Below, one piece after another: positions 1 through 14,009 of a stretch of DNA of 64,000 nt. The notes beneath the pieces are model-generated. The model worked only from the letters and a program-made list of their open reading frames with translations, did no database searches and was not told the DNA's origin. The stretch spans positions 23,746,001 to 23,810,000 of the forward strand of contig NC_135253.1 of NCBI RefSeq assembly GCF_964204865.1. Direction: 5' to 3'. Numbering within the stretch: the stretch's first letter is position 1; the number at the start of each line of letters is the position of its first letter. The position numbers and the translations under genes are program-made. This DNA is from Styela clava (taxonomy: Eukaryota).

Positions 1-404
1 ATTTGTTTAAAAACACCCAGCTGTCTTTGAAAATCAATAAAAATAAACACAATTGAATGCCATTCCCATCAGAAAACACCAATTGTTATTACGCCGTTTG
101 GTATTTGATTTAGACGTAACAATGATTGTAAAGCTTACGTACTATCGCGTCATATTGGATCATTCAGCGGTACACTTTATAATGTGACAATACTAATCGG
201 ATTTTGTATTGTCATTCTGATAGTGTGATCGATATTTACAAAAAAGCGTTTATGCCGAACAAGACGAAAAGATAGACCGGGGTATAGATTTTCATACTGG
301 ACCTCCGGCATCCTTGGGGGAAGGGGCACGAGGCGTTTCGCTGACAGGCCCCCAGGACGTCACTAGGTATCATTCACGATGATAACAATATTTTAGTAAA
401 TTGA

Positions 405-1011
405 TTGTGGTTTGTTAAAATATTGACTGTAATTCATTCATTCTTTGGCTTTCGTGTGTTGGTTTTTTATTACTAAACGTGCTTTCCCAGCACATCTTCT
501 GTAGGCTGCCACTATCGTTAGACTCCCATCGTTTTAGAGCTGGTATTCCATGACAGTTAGAATATGATTTCCATATAAGCCTATAAGAAGTCGCTGTGAC
601 GAACTACGGCTTCTCTGTAGCTATTAGCAATCCGGTATAGGAGTAGTTAACCAGTTATTCTCTTCAGGTGCGTGAACTTGATGCTGGAGAAAGCCGTTGT
701 CGACCATCGTTTATGTGATTCACCATGCGAAGAGTCAAGCAATCCTGTCGCACATAGTTATTCCCCCCAAGATTTGAACCTTCAAACCCACACCTGGTGG
801 AAGTGAAACGACAAGCGGGTTTCAAACGATTCGCTTGATGAAAACATTGTGGTTTGTTCAAATTTTGACAGTAATGCATTTATTCCTTTGTTTTCCTTGT
901 TTTTTTATTTTTATTTTATTACGAAACGTGCTTTATTTCCCAACACCGTTGTAGGATGCCTCTATCGTTAGACTCCCATCGCTTCAAAGCTGGTATTCCG
1001 TAACAGATAGA
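405..1011 (+). repeat. Local direct duplication (~405-562 and ~846-1011)
   Basis: Shared ATTGTGGTTTGTT...AAACGTGCTTT...CTATCGTTAGACTCCCATCG...AGCTGGTATTCC. Confidence 0.8.
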
Positions 1012-1600
1012 AACTACCGCTAGTTTCATTTGTCTTTGCCATGTTTCATTCTAAATCCCACTTAGTTTTTTCTTTAGTCCAGTGGTCTTACATGGTTTAC
1101 AACTAAGATAAGTATTTCTCACAGGTATTTCTCTACTAAGTGCTGTTATGAAAGCCGAAAACTTTTAACTCAATTTACATGTTATTGCATCGAAAGATTT
1201 GTATTAATTTTTGTATTGCTTCATGTGAATAGGTGCCAACCAAAGTTGTATACGTAAAATGGCGCACGTGGCAAAGTTTAAAATGCGACCCTTTGATAGT
1301 TGGTTGACAATTTAAAATGATTGTTATTGAAATGAGATTTTTTTTACGTTATTATTCTAGTAAAAATACTAGGTTAAGTTATTTCCAATTTGAAATAAAT
1401 TTATTGAAACATTTCACACTTGAAACTTATCTCCGTTTTCGTGCCCCTGTCCAAACGGCACCCATGGCACGAGCCATTAATGCCTCACCCTACTAGATAC
1501 ACCACTGCTCTTAACGCCCTATTTTACCTCCCTGCTTTTGGGCATATGGATCTTTATGAGTAATGTACGGATTTTTTAGAAAGAGTGAAGATGACTCTTC

Positions 1601-1815
1601 GGTACTCCCGAAGTGTGTGTACCAGGTTAGGGTTTGGGGCATAATTTTATTCCGGTTTTCCATATTTTAGATCTATTACGAGTTTAGGCACTGTCTGTGT
1701 TATTCAAGTAAATATACCTCCTGCCCATAGGTTTCAGTCCCTTTACCCAACTTCAAGTAAAGTAGGCGAACAAAATTAATTTCCTCCGTGTTGGTACACA
1801 TACTTCTGGAGCGTA
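1601..1815. mobile_element. Family A MITE (Merlin-like), asymmetric ~215-bp subtype, degenerate
   Basis: GGTACTCCCGAAGTGTGTGTACC...GGTACACATACTTCTGGAGCG termini and internal GGTTAGGGTT; colinear with 6061-6276. No clear TSD. Confidence 0.8.
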
Positions 1816-3086
1816 TTCACGAGTCTCGCTGCACAATAACGCAACTATACTATTCGGCATTGCTACTGAAGCGTTTTAACTAACCAAATTCAGACTTATC
1901 GAAACAAACAATCACATTTTTATAGCGTGTAGAAATACTTTTGTAATAAATCACTTGAACCTCGGGGTCGCGCTCATTGAAAAACACGTACTTGACTAAA
2001 AAGTCTAATTCTCAACGTTATTAAATATAATTACGTACAACAAAATACAAGTTTTATTTCCAATTTTTTTAACAGTTAACTTGAACAATACACAGCTTAT
2101 GCGATTTAACAAAAGAATTACATAAAGCACACGTGTAAATTGGGAATATATTCATTATATGGTTAAGATTACAAGGAATATCACTAAATTCCTAATAAGC
2201 CTTTGTGTAGAAGAAAAGGCGTAGACCGCAGTTCATAGATATCCATGGTTTAGTCTATTTTTGCGGTTACTGTGTAAATGCTGATCTTTTATAAGTGCCG
2301 GTTTGCCACGGGTTAGTTAGTGTTTAATTAGTAGCCGGTTTTTGTGATTCAATAATCAAATTGCATACTATGGTTTATGAGTCACAATGATCCATCATTG
2401 ACTTACAACTTATATATTTTTACATCATAATACAGTTATTGGACGTATAATTAGTTTTTAGCCTTTTATAAAAAGTACAAGCTGGTTTTAAAGTATATTG
2501 TCGGCTTTTCGTTTTTATCTTTATTGTGTAAATCTGTAATTATGAAAGCGCGGACCGCAGCGAAACGCAACGCGGACCGCAACGAAGCGATCCCGGATGG
2601 AAAAGTGTGAGAAAATTTGCTTTTTGAAACCGTATAAGGCTAAAATATAATAATTTGCTCAAGTATAGCCACCCTAATTGGTAGTTTAGAGTCACGATAC
2701 TTAAATCCGTAATTTTAGCGGCGTATTTTTATATCGAAAGGCGTATTACCACTTGTACAAGTAACAATCATACCAATTAATATTCTACTTGAGTGAATTG
2801 TTAGTTGGACGTGCGCACGCTTATTCAGTCGGCCCATAGGCTTTCTCGTAAAGCTTTTTTAATTTTTATTGTTTCTAATAGAGATAGTATGCTTAGTAAG
2901 AACAGATTCTATTTAGGTTTAAGACATTCCACGCCTTTTCACTGCAAACCAAGCCATGTGCAAGCGATACGTAAGAATAAGACGATACAACTTTTTATGG
3001 GCCCGAATCATTCTGTTCCGTCGTTGTCTATTGGATTTGGGTGAAGTGGTGGTTATTTATGTAGTCTGGAGCCATGCTCTCAAATT

Positions 3087-3407
3087 GGCGCTCCCGTAGT
3101 ATTTGTAGCAAGATGGCGCACAACCTGCTAACCAGGTACCACAACCCAACCTGGTACAATACTGACGTTTCGTGGATGCGCCCTGACCTTAGTGACCTTA
3201 CTCCGAGCAGATTCTCAAAAAAGAGGCGCTTTGAACTGCGACTTTTTATGATCTCACTTGTAGTATGTGTAGGTTAGGGTTAGGCCATAATTTTATTCAT
3301 ATTTTCCTAATTGTAGTTCTACTATAATCTTGTTCTACTTTACTTGATGTAAAGTCGGCGAATAAAATTAGTTACCACCGTATTTGCACACACACTTCTG
3401 CAGCGCC
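3087..3407. mobile_element. Degenerate family A MITE fragments
   Basis: GGCGCTCCCGTAGTATTTGTAGCAAGATGGCGCACAACC at 3087, and TAGTATGTGTAGGTTAGGGTTAGGCCATAATTTT...CACACTTCTGCAGCGCC at ~3260-3407. Confidence 0.65.
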
Positions 3408-4041
3408 TCGTCTTGTTTTTCCTTTAATATTATACACGTATGTTTTGAGGTAAAATCCGTCCAACGTTCTACGAAAAATTACGAGCAGGTGTTACCTATC
3501 GTGGGAATTTTGGCGCGCAATATACTTTCTGTCAATTATCATATCACAATAATTATCAATCAATCGTATCATGATGTCATAATTTACCAATTATCTCGCC
3601 TTGAAACCACAATAATCGACTTTTGCGCCTTTTCCATAAAATTTCGTCCGCGACCTTTAAATGTGGCCAAGGTCACCTGCATATTTGAAAGCCTAATTAG
3701 ATTTAATTATGACGTATTAGAATTAATATTCTGATGTAATAATGGTGTTGTTCATCTAACACCTGGCCCCATCGATAAATGAATTTTATAATTGAGCAAC
3801 GCCGATCATTCAACTAAGTGTTATCATCACCGACTGTTGGGAATGGTTGGGAAATTTGAATTTCCGGCGCGATCTTCATTCCTAACCCAACCTCGAACTG
3901 AATAACTACTAATTTTCTCATCTTGGTCCTTGGCGGGGTGTTTTTCTATTGGGGGCTTTGTACAAACGATTCATTCAGCCGCGACCCCAACCACTTGGTT
4001 ATCGCGCCCGCTTGGAAGGCGGGAACATATAATGGAATTTT

Positions 4042-4151
4042 GGTGCTCCCGAAGTGTGTGTACCATAATGGCGCACAACCTGAACATAGTACGTGTACCA
4101 GGTAAGGATTCAGGTTGTGCGCCATCTTGGTACACATACTTACGGAGCACC
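4042..4151. mobile_element. Family A MITE, short 110-bp palindromic subtype
   Basis: TIR GGTGCTCC...GGAGCACC; perfect 8-bp TSD GGAATTTT (4034-4041 / 4152-4159). Confidence 0.9.
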
Positions 4152-4684
4152 GGAATTTTATCTGGACAAAATGTCGTAACTAAAGTCGAGAGAGTAAACA
4201 TACCATAAAGGTTATCAGATAACATGGATTACTTAATCAATCACTAACCACTGTAATACCGCGCCAATGTTCTGTAATCGACACTGAAAAGTTAAATAAA
4301 ACCCCATTCCTATGCTTCGACAGAAACAAGGGAATTCCTGACCACAACTTCGGTCTTTGGGCGTGGAATAAACATGTAACCAGCGTTCCCATATGATTAT
4401 GTGGTCGGCTATTACTAAACAAAAAAAATCAGATTGTCTACTGGTATTTTATGGTTATATATTTTTATAGGACACACGCCTACTGCTCTAAACAAAGCAG
4501 TGCACAAGCAATTAGCTTCCAGTCGCTGGTTTTTACAAAAATTTGTGTTTTTTCATACAACACTCTGGAGAAGGCAATGTATACCATAATCAGTCACTGA
4601 TATTTAACGAAATGTATGGCGAAATTATTATTATTTCAAACGATCTGAATCTTCTTGTTCAAAATTGCCTACCCAGTTTATTGC

Positions 4685-5406
4685 ACTCTGGTTGAGAGGG
4701 TGATCAGAAGGAAAGGGGTTAATTAACCCAAACATTATTCATGAGATGTCCATTTATAGAAACAATGTTCTAAAAGGTTGGCTCTGGGCCTAACTTTCCT
4801 TTCCCAGTAACCGCTAACCACAAGATTCCGTGCCCCCATCATTCATTTTCAAAATAATTAGTAAATTTTTCACAATTACACGGTAATAATCGTGCCTCGT
4901 TTATTTGTAAACACCTCACAAGTATATCCTTTATCAGGAACAAAACGTGCATTATCATTATGACATACATTTAAATAAGAGCGGTAAAAGCGTTAGAGGT
5001 AACTGTATCGGCAGGGGCATTGCCAGGAATTTTCAAAGAGTTCTGGAACTTGTAATTGCAAAGTTAGACTGTAACAGCTAGTGGGCCCGACCGGAGACAT
5101 TCAAATTCCATTGGGACAGTTCCCAGCATAAGAAGCACTTTGTAAGAGTAGTTTGCGGGTTGAAAAACAAATATTACCGTGAAATTGGAAAAAATTTCCC
5201 TTTTTTTTGTAGTGCATGAAAGGGTCGCAGAATCTTTGTGACTAGCGATTACTCGGAAGACAAAGTTAGACCTAGCGCCAATATTTCAGGACATCTTTTT
5301 TAAAATGAAGTAATATCTCAAATATAGAACATTGTCCCTCAAAATGAACTTTGAAAATTAATGTTGGTGTTTTAATTAACTCCATAATCACCCCATCATT
5401 CAGGGC
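4685..5406. mobile_element. Degenerate foldback element with long inverted arms
   Basis: 4780-4890 is the approximate reverse complement of 5165-5279 (GGCTCTGGGCCTAACTTT... / ...AAAGTTAGACCTAGCGCC). Further inverted blocks AGATGTCC/GGACATCT and ACAATGTTCTA/TAGAACATTGT extend the arms; outer limits approximate. Confidence 0.6.
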
Positions 5407-6060
5407 TTCGAAAACTTTTGTCGAACTAACAAACTCTAACGAACAGTGTTGGCGTCACATTCCAATTTTTATAAATTTCTCTAAGAAACTGTATTGAGTT
5501 ACAGTAATATGCATTATTCAATCGATGTTTTTTACAAGATATCCGTCACCTGTAGGCATTCAAAATAAATGCAAATGTTGTACTTTGTATAAATTTGGGA
5601 CTTTTGTGGGTGATTGTATTCTAGAAACGGCGTCACCATTCCTGTCTCAGACCTATTATTTCTCAACATAGGTTGTTCACTTTCGTTTTCTACATCAGAA
5701 TTTTAACACGAGTTGCAATGCACCGACCAGGACAGATAATACCGACTTCAGGACATTTCGTTTTCAGTTACAACTATTCTGTTATCGCTCCTATAAAACA
5801 AAGGAGATAGTCAAAAAATTGGGGATTTTTAATATTGTTTATGGCGAACTCCCGCGACATATAGGAGCCCCCTTTGTGTCATTTGTCGCCGAGTATTTTT
5901 GCTTAGTCTACGTTCTCCCGTTCTGACGATTGATTAGTTAGTGACTCATTAGAAACTAATTTATCATTGTTTCTCGAATTGTTTGATGAAATTAATAAAG
6001 CAAGATAGGTAGCAGCCAGGCGGCATCTGTAGAACAGGTAATCTCGTTAGGAGGTGAAAG

Positions 6061-6276
6061 AGTACTCCCGTAGTATGTGTACCAGGTTAGGGTTAGACCA
6101 TAATTTTATTTCAATTTTTCTTATTTTAGTTCTATTACGAGTTCAGGGACTGTCTGTGTTAGTCAAGTAAATATACCCTCTATCCATAGGTTTCATTCAC
6201 TTTATACAACTTGTTGTAAAGTAGGCGATGAAAATTAGTTACCTCCATATTGGAAAACGCACACTTCTGGAGGGCC
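6061..6276. mobile_element. Family A MITE, asymmetric 216-bp subtype
   Basis: Termini AGTACTCCCGTAGT...ACTTCTGGAGGGCC; perfect 8-bp TSD GGTGAAAG (6053-6060 / 6277-6284); internal GGTTAGGGTTAG. Confidence 0.9.
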
Positions 6277-8662
6277 GGTGAAAGAGCTGAAAATATAAAT
6301 GTCCACCTTCCAGAATTTAATAAATCCCAGCGAGTTTGCTTACGAAATCTTTAAACCAGTGATTGTCAAACATTAGGGGGCGTCCCAAAAGATGGGTCGT
6401 TGCCAATCTTCGAGGAGGCGTGAAGCTAATTTAAATTAAAAGAATATATGTCAGATTTGATCTTGTCCGCCTCATTTTGAATAATTGAATTTCTTCATTT
6501 GTTAGATATTGCAGAAAGTTGTTGTGCTTGTTGTTATTTTTATGATCTGTTATATTACTTTCGCCTTACTATCTGTTATTTTCGATGCGGGGCGCGGGGC
6601 TTAACCAATTCTAAAAAAGAGGACGCGAGAAATAGTGCTTTACACGATATTAGCATACTAGTGTGAAAATCCGGAAAAGTCTTTTTTTTTTAAATTGATT
6701 CAAAACAGCGCTTATAGATATCTTAAATTTGATGAGTTGCTGTTGCGTGATACAAGACCTCAGAGAAATAATATCCTTGTCCGCTTGTACAGCTCATTTT
6801 TCAGAGTGAAGGAATGAAAACGCTTTAAAAAAAAATAAAAAACATATTCTGTGAAAACTTGAACCATGATATATAGTTTCGCAACGCATGCTTTTAGGGT
6901 TTATTGTACATATCCAGTAAAACAGTAGTTTTATACAAAAGTAGGACAGGTGTGAAGAATATTAAAATGTTGGCGTCGGAGGACATTTTGAGCACTTAAG
7001 AGATTGAAAAGTTTCTGTGCAAGTTATAACTAGACCTACAAGAGTAAAATAAACCTACTTTTACACTCAATCCCTACATTTCATACCTGTAAACTCAATT
7101 TTATCCCACCCTGTATATTGGAAATAGCCTGGCCCTTCAGAAATAGTGTAGACTTTATGCTGCTTGTGAAGACCGTTGTTCCGTGTGAAAGTGGGCGAAC
7201 GACTGATCAATGCGCGATCCATTAGGAAATAATTTATCACTGTTTTTGTTCAGTTTCATTTAATTTTGAGACAATTACTGATAGAACTTCTGTAAGACAG
7301 ATTGAGATGTTTAAGGAGGGGAGGATGGGGTGGTCGAAAAAGTATTTGGTGACAAAATGAACTATGACATCTAGTGCTTGATGAACGTTTAATGTGAATA
7401 TATTCGAAATATTCGATAATTCCGAAAGGTTCTGTTCGAGTTATCGTTGTCCACTTTGAGTTGTATTTTTTGATATTAAAAATGCGACATAAGTGGGGGG
7501 ATTTTCAAAAAATCGCCCTGACAAGCAGTAAAGTTTGGTACACCCCTGCCTGACACCTTTGCATAAATCCTCATTTTGTAGTTTCCAAAATCGGATTTAA
7601 TTGCAATTCCCCGAATATCAATTAATTTGAATATAAACAAACATGATTGAAATAAATTAAAAATCCCTTACGCTTAATCGAAACAGGTGTTCTTCAATTT
7701 AGCACGAATTATGAGAAATAATGAACGGAAATTAGCATTCCAGAGTAATTTGCCCCAAAATTGAGCGTCAAATATCAAAGAAAATAAGTGTTTTAGAAGT
7801 GGGAAAGCGGATATAAGATTTCACGTTTGAAGCGAAAACGGAAATTTGGCTTTTTGTTTATGATTGAAAATCGACATGTGTTTATAGTGAAGCTAAATAG
7901 CGATAATTTGGTTCCCGGGATTGTTTTTCAAAGAAATAATGGCACACAACCTTATATTTATATTAGAAGGGGTTCTGTAGGTATATCTTCCCTGATGCAA
8001 TTTAAGTCAATGATCAGGAAATAAGCTATGAGAGATAGTGAATTCCACATATCTAAATTTATCGGAAAAATAATAATATTAAAGGCGACCATTACATACC
8101 ATAAAATCGGCATTGAAACAAGTTAATTCAGGCACATTTTTTTCATAAGTAGATGCAGGAGCTAGCGGGCCGAGTCTTGAGTGTCTAAAATACGTTTCAA
8201 GCTACGCAAAATTGCTATGTGTGATACAACTTTTTTTTATATTTTGAAAGGAGGGGGTTCGACTATCAAACCACCATCATGCATCTGGGTAGATGTAAAA
8301 ACGTGTTTGCCTACTGTTTAAAGATTTGGGTTTGACTATGTTAGTTTTAGGTTTAACTTTCCATCCATGCCCGCAAGATCACTTATAGTGTAAGATTTAC
8401 ATAATACGTAATGCGATATAGAAACGTAAAAACCAGAGCCTTGTTAAGAGCGAGGCCATGTAAGTGTGACCTAAAAGTTACATTTCATGAACAATATTTT
8501 CTGTGTTACAAAAGCAACAATGGAAAACAATAAACCTCGTGCCGAAACTAAATTTAACCACAAGCTCAACAAACTCCTTGAACTATATTTACCTAAAACA
8601 TCAAAATTTGGTTTCGGTTTTGTTGTGGCAGTATTAGACGAGCCAGATTGAACTATCTAGCG

Positions 8663-9500
8663 CAGTGGTTCTTAAACTGGGTTCGATCGAACCCCTGGGG
8701 TTCGGTGGAGCTGTTCCAGGGGTGCGACGAAGGTGCTCTGAAACAGTTGCATATTATGAGACTTTTTTTATCACCCTGCATACTAATTATGCAAAAATAA
8801 CTATAGTTCATGATGACTAATTACTAATGACTTGAACAATTGAAACAATTAATTGGTGTTACCCCTATTCATATTCTACCGTACTAATAAAATTTAACTC
8901 AATTTTACGGATAAATCGAAGATAGGCAGTAATTGTACATGAATGAATGCAAAATCATAGCGTGTTTGAATTTCACTAGGTGATAAAGTTGCGACAAGGA
9001 ATAGTTTATCGCAGAGCTTTATCCGAAATTATTATGATTCATTCAGGACAACCTCGATATGGCGCCGAATTAATCCTATCTCTATTTCTGTAAAATAAAA
9101 CAATTGGCAAACGATTTTATTCGCATTTCAGCGCAGTTTAAAGTTTGAGAACAAATTGCTTGAACTACCAACGTTTATGGGGTATATTATCATCTTTCGG
9201 ATTTTCAAAGTTATTTTTTATCAGTTTTCGCCGGTTCACCCGCATAACTTATACAACAAAAACCATCTGCTCTTTCTGCCGCCAACGCCATTGTGACAAA
9301 ACAATGGTTATTCCCACATGGTTATTGATATCTAAGGTTTCATCACAATGTTCATATTCTATAACCTTGCAAGAATTAGCTTCCGCTTTATGACGTTACG
9401 GTTTGGCTTCTAATTTCAACCGTTCAGTACAATGGGGTTCGGCGGGAGCTTGCAGAATAGCGCAGGGGTTCGGCAGGCTCACAAAGTTTAAGAACCACTG
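8663..9500. mobile_element. Non-autonomous hAT element (838 bp) nested in an older repeat
   Basis: TIR CAGTGGTTCTTAAACT / AGTTTAAGAACCACTG, subterminal GGGGTTCGG repeats, CTAGCG-containing degenerate target duplication. Confidence 0.85.
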
Positions 9501-9995
9501 AGTCCTAGCGGGTCGGATTTGGTCCGCTCGCCGTACTTTACCCATGTCTGTTTTAAAGCGTAGCATAAAAAATTCGATAATTATCGTGTCATTTATTTTA
9601 CTATGCCATTCAAACCAAATACAGCTAGCTATTTAGACATTATTTGTTTTGTTTTTCAGTGTCAATCTTGTGGGAATAATATGTCTAATCGTACATTTCT
9701 CCCGGATAGTATTTGTTTTATGTATATATATCCTCATAGACAAGACTATAAATATATTACGTAACCGAGTTACGTCGACCATATGCCATGTCTGGGTTGT
9801 TTGAGGAGTCAAGTGTTATCATCGACAAGGTTCATAACAATACCATTTTTTATTTGTGGATTGTATACCTGAAGTGTTGTTGTTGATTTGTCATGAAATC
9901 ATCATGTATCGATCGAAAGAACATGGATGTGAAATCGTTTTACTCGGGTCAATGGGGCAAATTGTTGGATAATCTACGGGTACCGGAGGAATGAA

Positions 9996-10231
9996 GGTAC
10001 TCCTGAAGTATGTTAACCAAGATGGCGGAAACCGGAACGTAGTGTGTGTACCAGGTTAGGGTTAGTGTATAATTTAATTTCAATTTTCCTTTTTTTAGTG
10101 CTATTACGAGTTCAGGGACTAGCCAAGTGACTCCCGTAGTATTTGTACCTGAAATTATGGCCTAACCCTAACCTGGTACACATACTACGTTCCGGTTTCC
10201 GCCATCTTGGTTCACATACTTCGGGAGTACA
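9996..10231. mobile_element. Family A MITE, 236-bp symmetric subtype
   Basis: Long TIRs containing CAAGATGGCGG and GGTTAGGGTTAG; degenerate TSD GGAATGAA/GGAAAAAA. Confidence 0.9.
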
Positions 10232-10391
10232 GGAAAAAAATTTATGTTCAAGTGTTCGCGTATGAAGTTGGTCATATGGTGCACCGACAAAAAATGTTCG
10301 ACATCTCTGGTCTATCTAATATGAACAGAAAAGAAGAAAATTGGTGGCGGGCCGGTAACATAACAGTGTCAACCAATTAATCTGTGGACCG

Positions 10392-10545
10392 CAGGAGTCG
10401 TCAACCAGGAATTTTGAAGGGGGGGGGGGGGGGATTCTTGAATTTCTAATTGCCAAGTTAGACCGTAACAGCTACGAAAAATTGCTATGTATGGTACAAT
10501 TTTTTTTATCACATTCAAAAAAAAAAGGGGGGGGGGGGTAGCGAG
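10392..10545 (+). repeat. Dispersed repeat with core AATTTCTAATTGCCAAGTTAGACCGTAACAGCTA (probably a hAT-type MITE); this copy has G15 and G12 runs
   Basis: Same core recurs at ~5032-5095, ~8200, ~17780-18035, ~35257-35430 (minus), 60421-60557 (minus) and ~62041-62165; CAGG-like starts. Confidence 0.65.
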
Positions 10546-13071
10546 ACGTAGCGAACCTATCAACTTATTTTAAGCTAACCTAAGCTAAACAAAATCGGAG
10601 GAAATTAGCGGCGGGTCAATATTATTAAATAGTTTAATAAAAAAATAGTTTTCATCCAGCAACAACTATTTATAGAACGTCATTTTGTTATCTCTACAGT
10701 TAGATATTACACATTTTTGACTAACAGCTTAGTTCACCTTATGTTTTGGGTATTTTATGCTTTGATTTCTGGATTTCCGTTTATAGTTACCTCATTTCCG
10801 TTACTTTTGTAACATTATTCGGTCATAAACACACTGAAACAATATAACATTGAATATCATTTAGCGTTACTTTCACTATAGATATAAAAAAATGTCAAAA
10901 TTAACTAGTTTTCCATGTATTTGAACCTATAAGTCAGAAAATATCACATGTTTGATCGACAGAAGTCATTTTATTTCTCATGCATATGACGCTTATGGCC
11001 TTATATATGCTATGGTGTTTTCAGTATTGAATAGTAGATGCTAAATCACAACCAAAAAATTTGAAGAAAGCGATTATTACTCGTATATATGCGATATAGC
11101 GATGGATGTATTGTGCCGATGGATGTATCGGTTAATGCGAAGTAGTCGCAGTCTATCCGATACGAAAAATATGACATTGTCATACTGGTTTGCCTAAATA
11201 AGTTCTTGAAAGTACTGATTAATTTATGAGTTCTTATATGACTTTGGTTAGAGCAAGGTCTCAAACCTTGCTGAAAGTCGGAAAATTCCAATCTCGTTTT
11301 TCAACTATAATAACTAAACGACTAATGTGTAATCTATCCAATTCTTGTCTTCGTGATCAATCTATCTTGTCTATCCAGCTTTATAAATATTTGAAACGTT
11401 GGTAAAATCATAAATCTTACTGTTCACTAGTTGTGATTGTTTTGCTATGGATAAACCTAGTAACAGTTGCTGTTTATTCTGCGCAATTTATTTACAGTGT
11501 TTTCCTCTTTAATATTATTGGTCATTTTTAACACTGACTACGAAAAGAGACAAATCGGTTTGGTTTTGACACGCGTCTAAGAATTATAACAGCACCGTGA
11601 CGTTTTAGTTTGAAATTGGATCCCACTTTTGCGAGTTGTCGGCACATGACTGGGTACCGTTCACCATTAAGATAGGGAACTTGAGAGTGTATCATTGTGT
11701 TCTTTTTAGCTGTACATGGGTAGTTGTCCGCCCACATTGGGTAGACTATACTGAAGGGTGGGTGTATGGCACTGACGCTACTCGGAACTATTAACTATTT
11801 ATCAAAGACTCGAATGAGTCGAGTCATCTAATGCCAGTGAGACTAAACCAGTGATGGACTCGAATGAACCGTGATTCGACTAAACTCGCGATTAGGAGGG
11901 GCGAATTTATGTTATCAAACGCCATTTGAATGACCTGCCCAGCAGAGAGGTATTGGACTGCTATACAGACAAGTTAGGAAATTCGACAGCTCGTGACGTT
12001 TTAGTTTTATATTGGATTCTACCTTAAAAGTTGTGGGCGCATGACTATTTAAAGTTTTCACAAATATGCAGTGATTTTTCTTGCTTGTAAAAAAGGTTCG
12101 CCATTTTACTCATTGGGTGGGCTATATCGAAGAGCAGCATAGAGTTGACTCGAGTTATCGACTCAGTAGAATCCGAGTCACTATTTATCAAATAGAATTC
12201 CATTTTTGCGAGTTGTCAGATCCGTATTAACTCGAAACGGCTATATTGCGTGTTTTACGATTTTCACATCACACTTCTGTACCGACATGTCATTTACAAC
12301 AATTAATTTTCTCTTGCAATTATTTTTTTGGAACCAAAAAAACTTTTACAAATTATTGTGATAAATTTGTATGTCATTCGATTCTCAATAAGAACTCATT
12401 CCATTGAATGTGTTGGCAGCCATTGATGGGGCGTGCAATGACAAATGCTCCAATAATTTTAAAATAATGATGGCATTCTCTCAAAAACAGATTTTTCACT
12501 ACTTCTAGCGTATCCGATTTCAAAATAACATATTTAGTATTCGTTCCACATCTGCGTGGTAGTTTTTAGTTATGGAATTTGACGAATTAGCTGTTAACTG
12601 ACTAATTCTTGAAGTGTTATTATTCAACATTTTTCACGCTATTCCTTTGAAAAAAGGCCATGTATCAGCTAACACTGATACTATATAGAACGCTGTATAT
12701 ATATTATATATTACTATATATTTAGAAATTCTAGAAAGACCGCAAGCTTCTTGACTCGGCATTGAGCTATGATATTCGTCTTTTTTCCAAGTATGTACGT
12801 CGAATCATCTGAACGGACCGGATATGCCAAATATATTCTGCTAAATAAGATAGAAAAACTGTGAAAGTGTGAGAAAAGAACTGTTACCAGCGAATTAGAT
12901 AAACAAAAAAAAGTGTGACCATAAACAAGCCTAACTTATTAAAACCCAACCGTAAAATGATTAAAAGATACAGATTTAAAAATTTGTCGTGGACATTAAC
13001 TAGATAGTACATGTTATTTTTGTATGGCATTTTAACTTGCGACGACAATGCTCTCGCATCTTCTCCTAGAG

Positions 13072-13365
13072 CAGGGATGGGCGATAACTTTCCTGAGTGG
13101 GCCAGTTACACATAATAGACTTGGTTACAGGGTCGGAGGCACAACAATCAATATGAAATCTATGAATAAAAAACAGTTCATTCACAAAAGCTAGTCCAAC
13201 AGCTAGGCTAATAATAAGAAGCACAATGTAACAATCGGGATAATTATGACGTAATTTTCATCGATATTTTTAACGTAAATTTATATCCATAAAAACTATA
13301 GTCGTAATTTCAGCACGTACAAGTGGGCCATATTAAACAAGTCGGTAGGCCGGATCCGTCCCGCG
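13072..13365. mobile_element. Partial hAT-type MITE
   Basis: CAGGGATGGGC start after CCTAGAG, with GGGCC/GGCCGGATCCGTCCCGCG subterminal motifs; right TIR eroded. Confidence 0.5.
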
Positions 13366-14009
13366 TGTCTTGTTTTGGAGAGTGTATCTTGTTTTCTTGT
13401 GATACAGAGGGCATTATAACTCAAACGAGTTCTTAATTTGTTTACTCAAATCGTATATTTTGTTTCGGTACAAGGATTTTACTACTCTCTGGCAGGTGGC
13501 CTTCGTAGGTGGTAGATTTATGATTAAACAATATGGAATTTAACGCTGAAGAAAATATTGTTTTGATCAGAAACAGGATTCATACTTGAGCAAATTTGTC
13601 ACGGTTTTATGGTGAAACAATTATTGAATCGGTGATCGTGCGTTTCATGTGAAAACATGATAAACGCGCGTCGGTACCGGTACGGCCTTCGCTGAGCACT
13701 GATTTTTCCAATACATCGGCGGACAGTCGGCATAAATGTTCCTTCCCATGGATCATAAAAAGTGTTTACATGAATTAACATAAAACAGCAAAATTTTAAG
13801 TGAAACATCGTACTTGGACATCGGACTACCCTCCATAAATACTCAAAACATGATTTTTTTTGCTCCATTAGTTGATCCGCACAATATAAAATAATCGTAT
13901 GACACCTTTAGCATTTCTCAACTTTTGCGTGAATACACGTGAGAAAATAGAAATTCTGATATCATTTATGTTAGGATAAATCTCCTACTCTCCATTTTTT
14001 TTACCCTTT

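Noticed and set aside
531-541. GTTTTAGAGCT resembles the start of a type II-A CRISPR repeat
   Set aside because: Single occurrence (the duplicate at ~981 reads GCTTCAAAGCT), no repeat-spacer periodicity, no cas genes, eukaryotic context.
9145-9393. ORF inside the 838-bp hAT element as a transposase remnant
   Set aside because: No BED-finger or hAT catalytic/dimerisation motifs recognisable in the frames examined.
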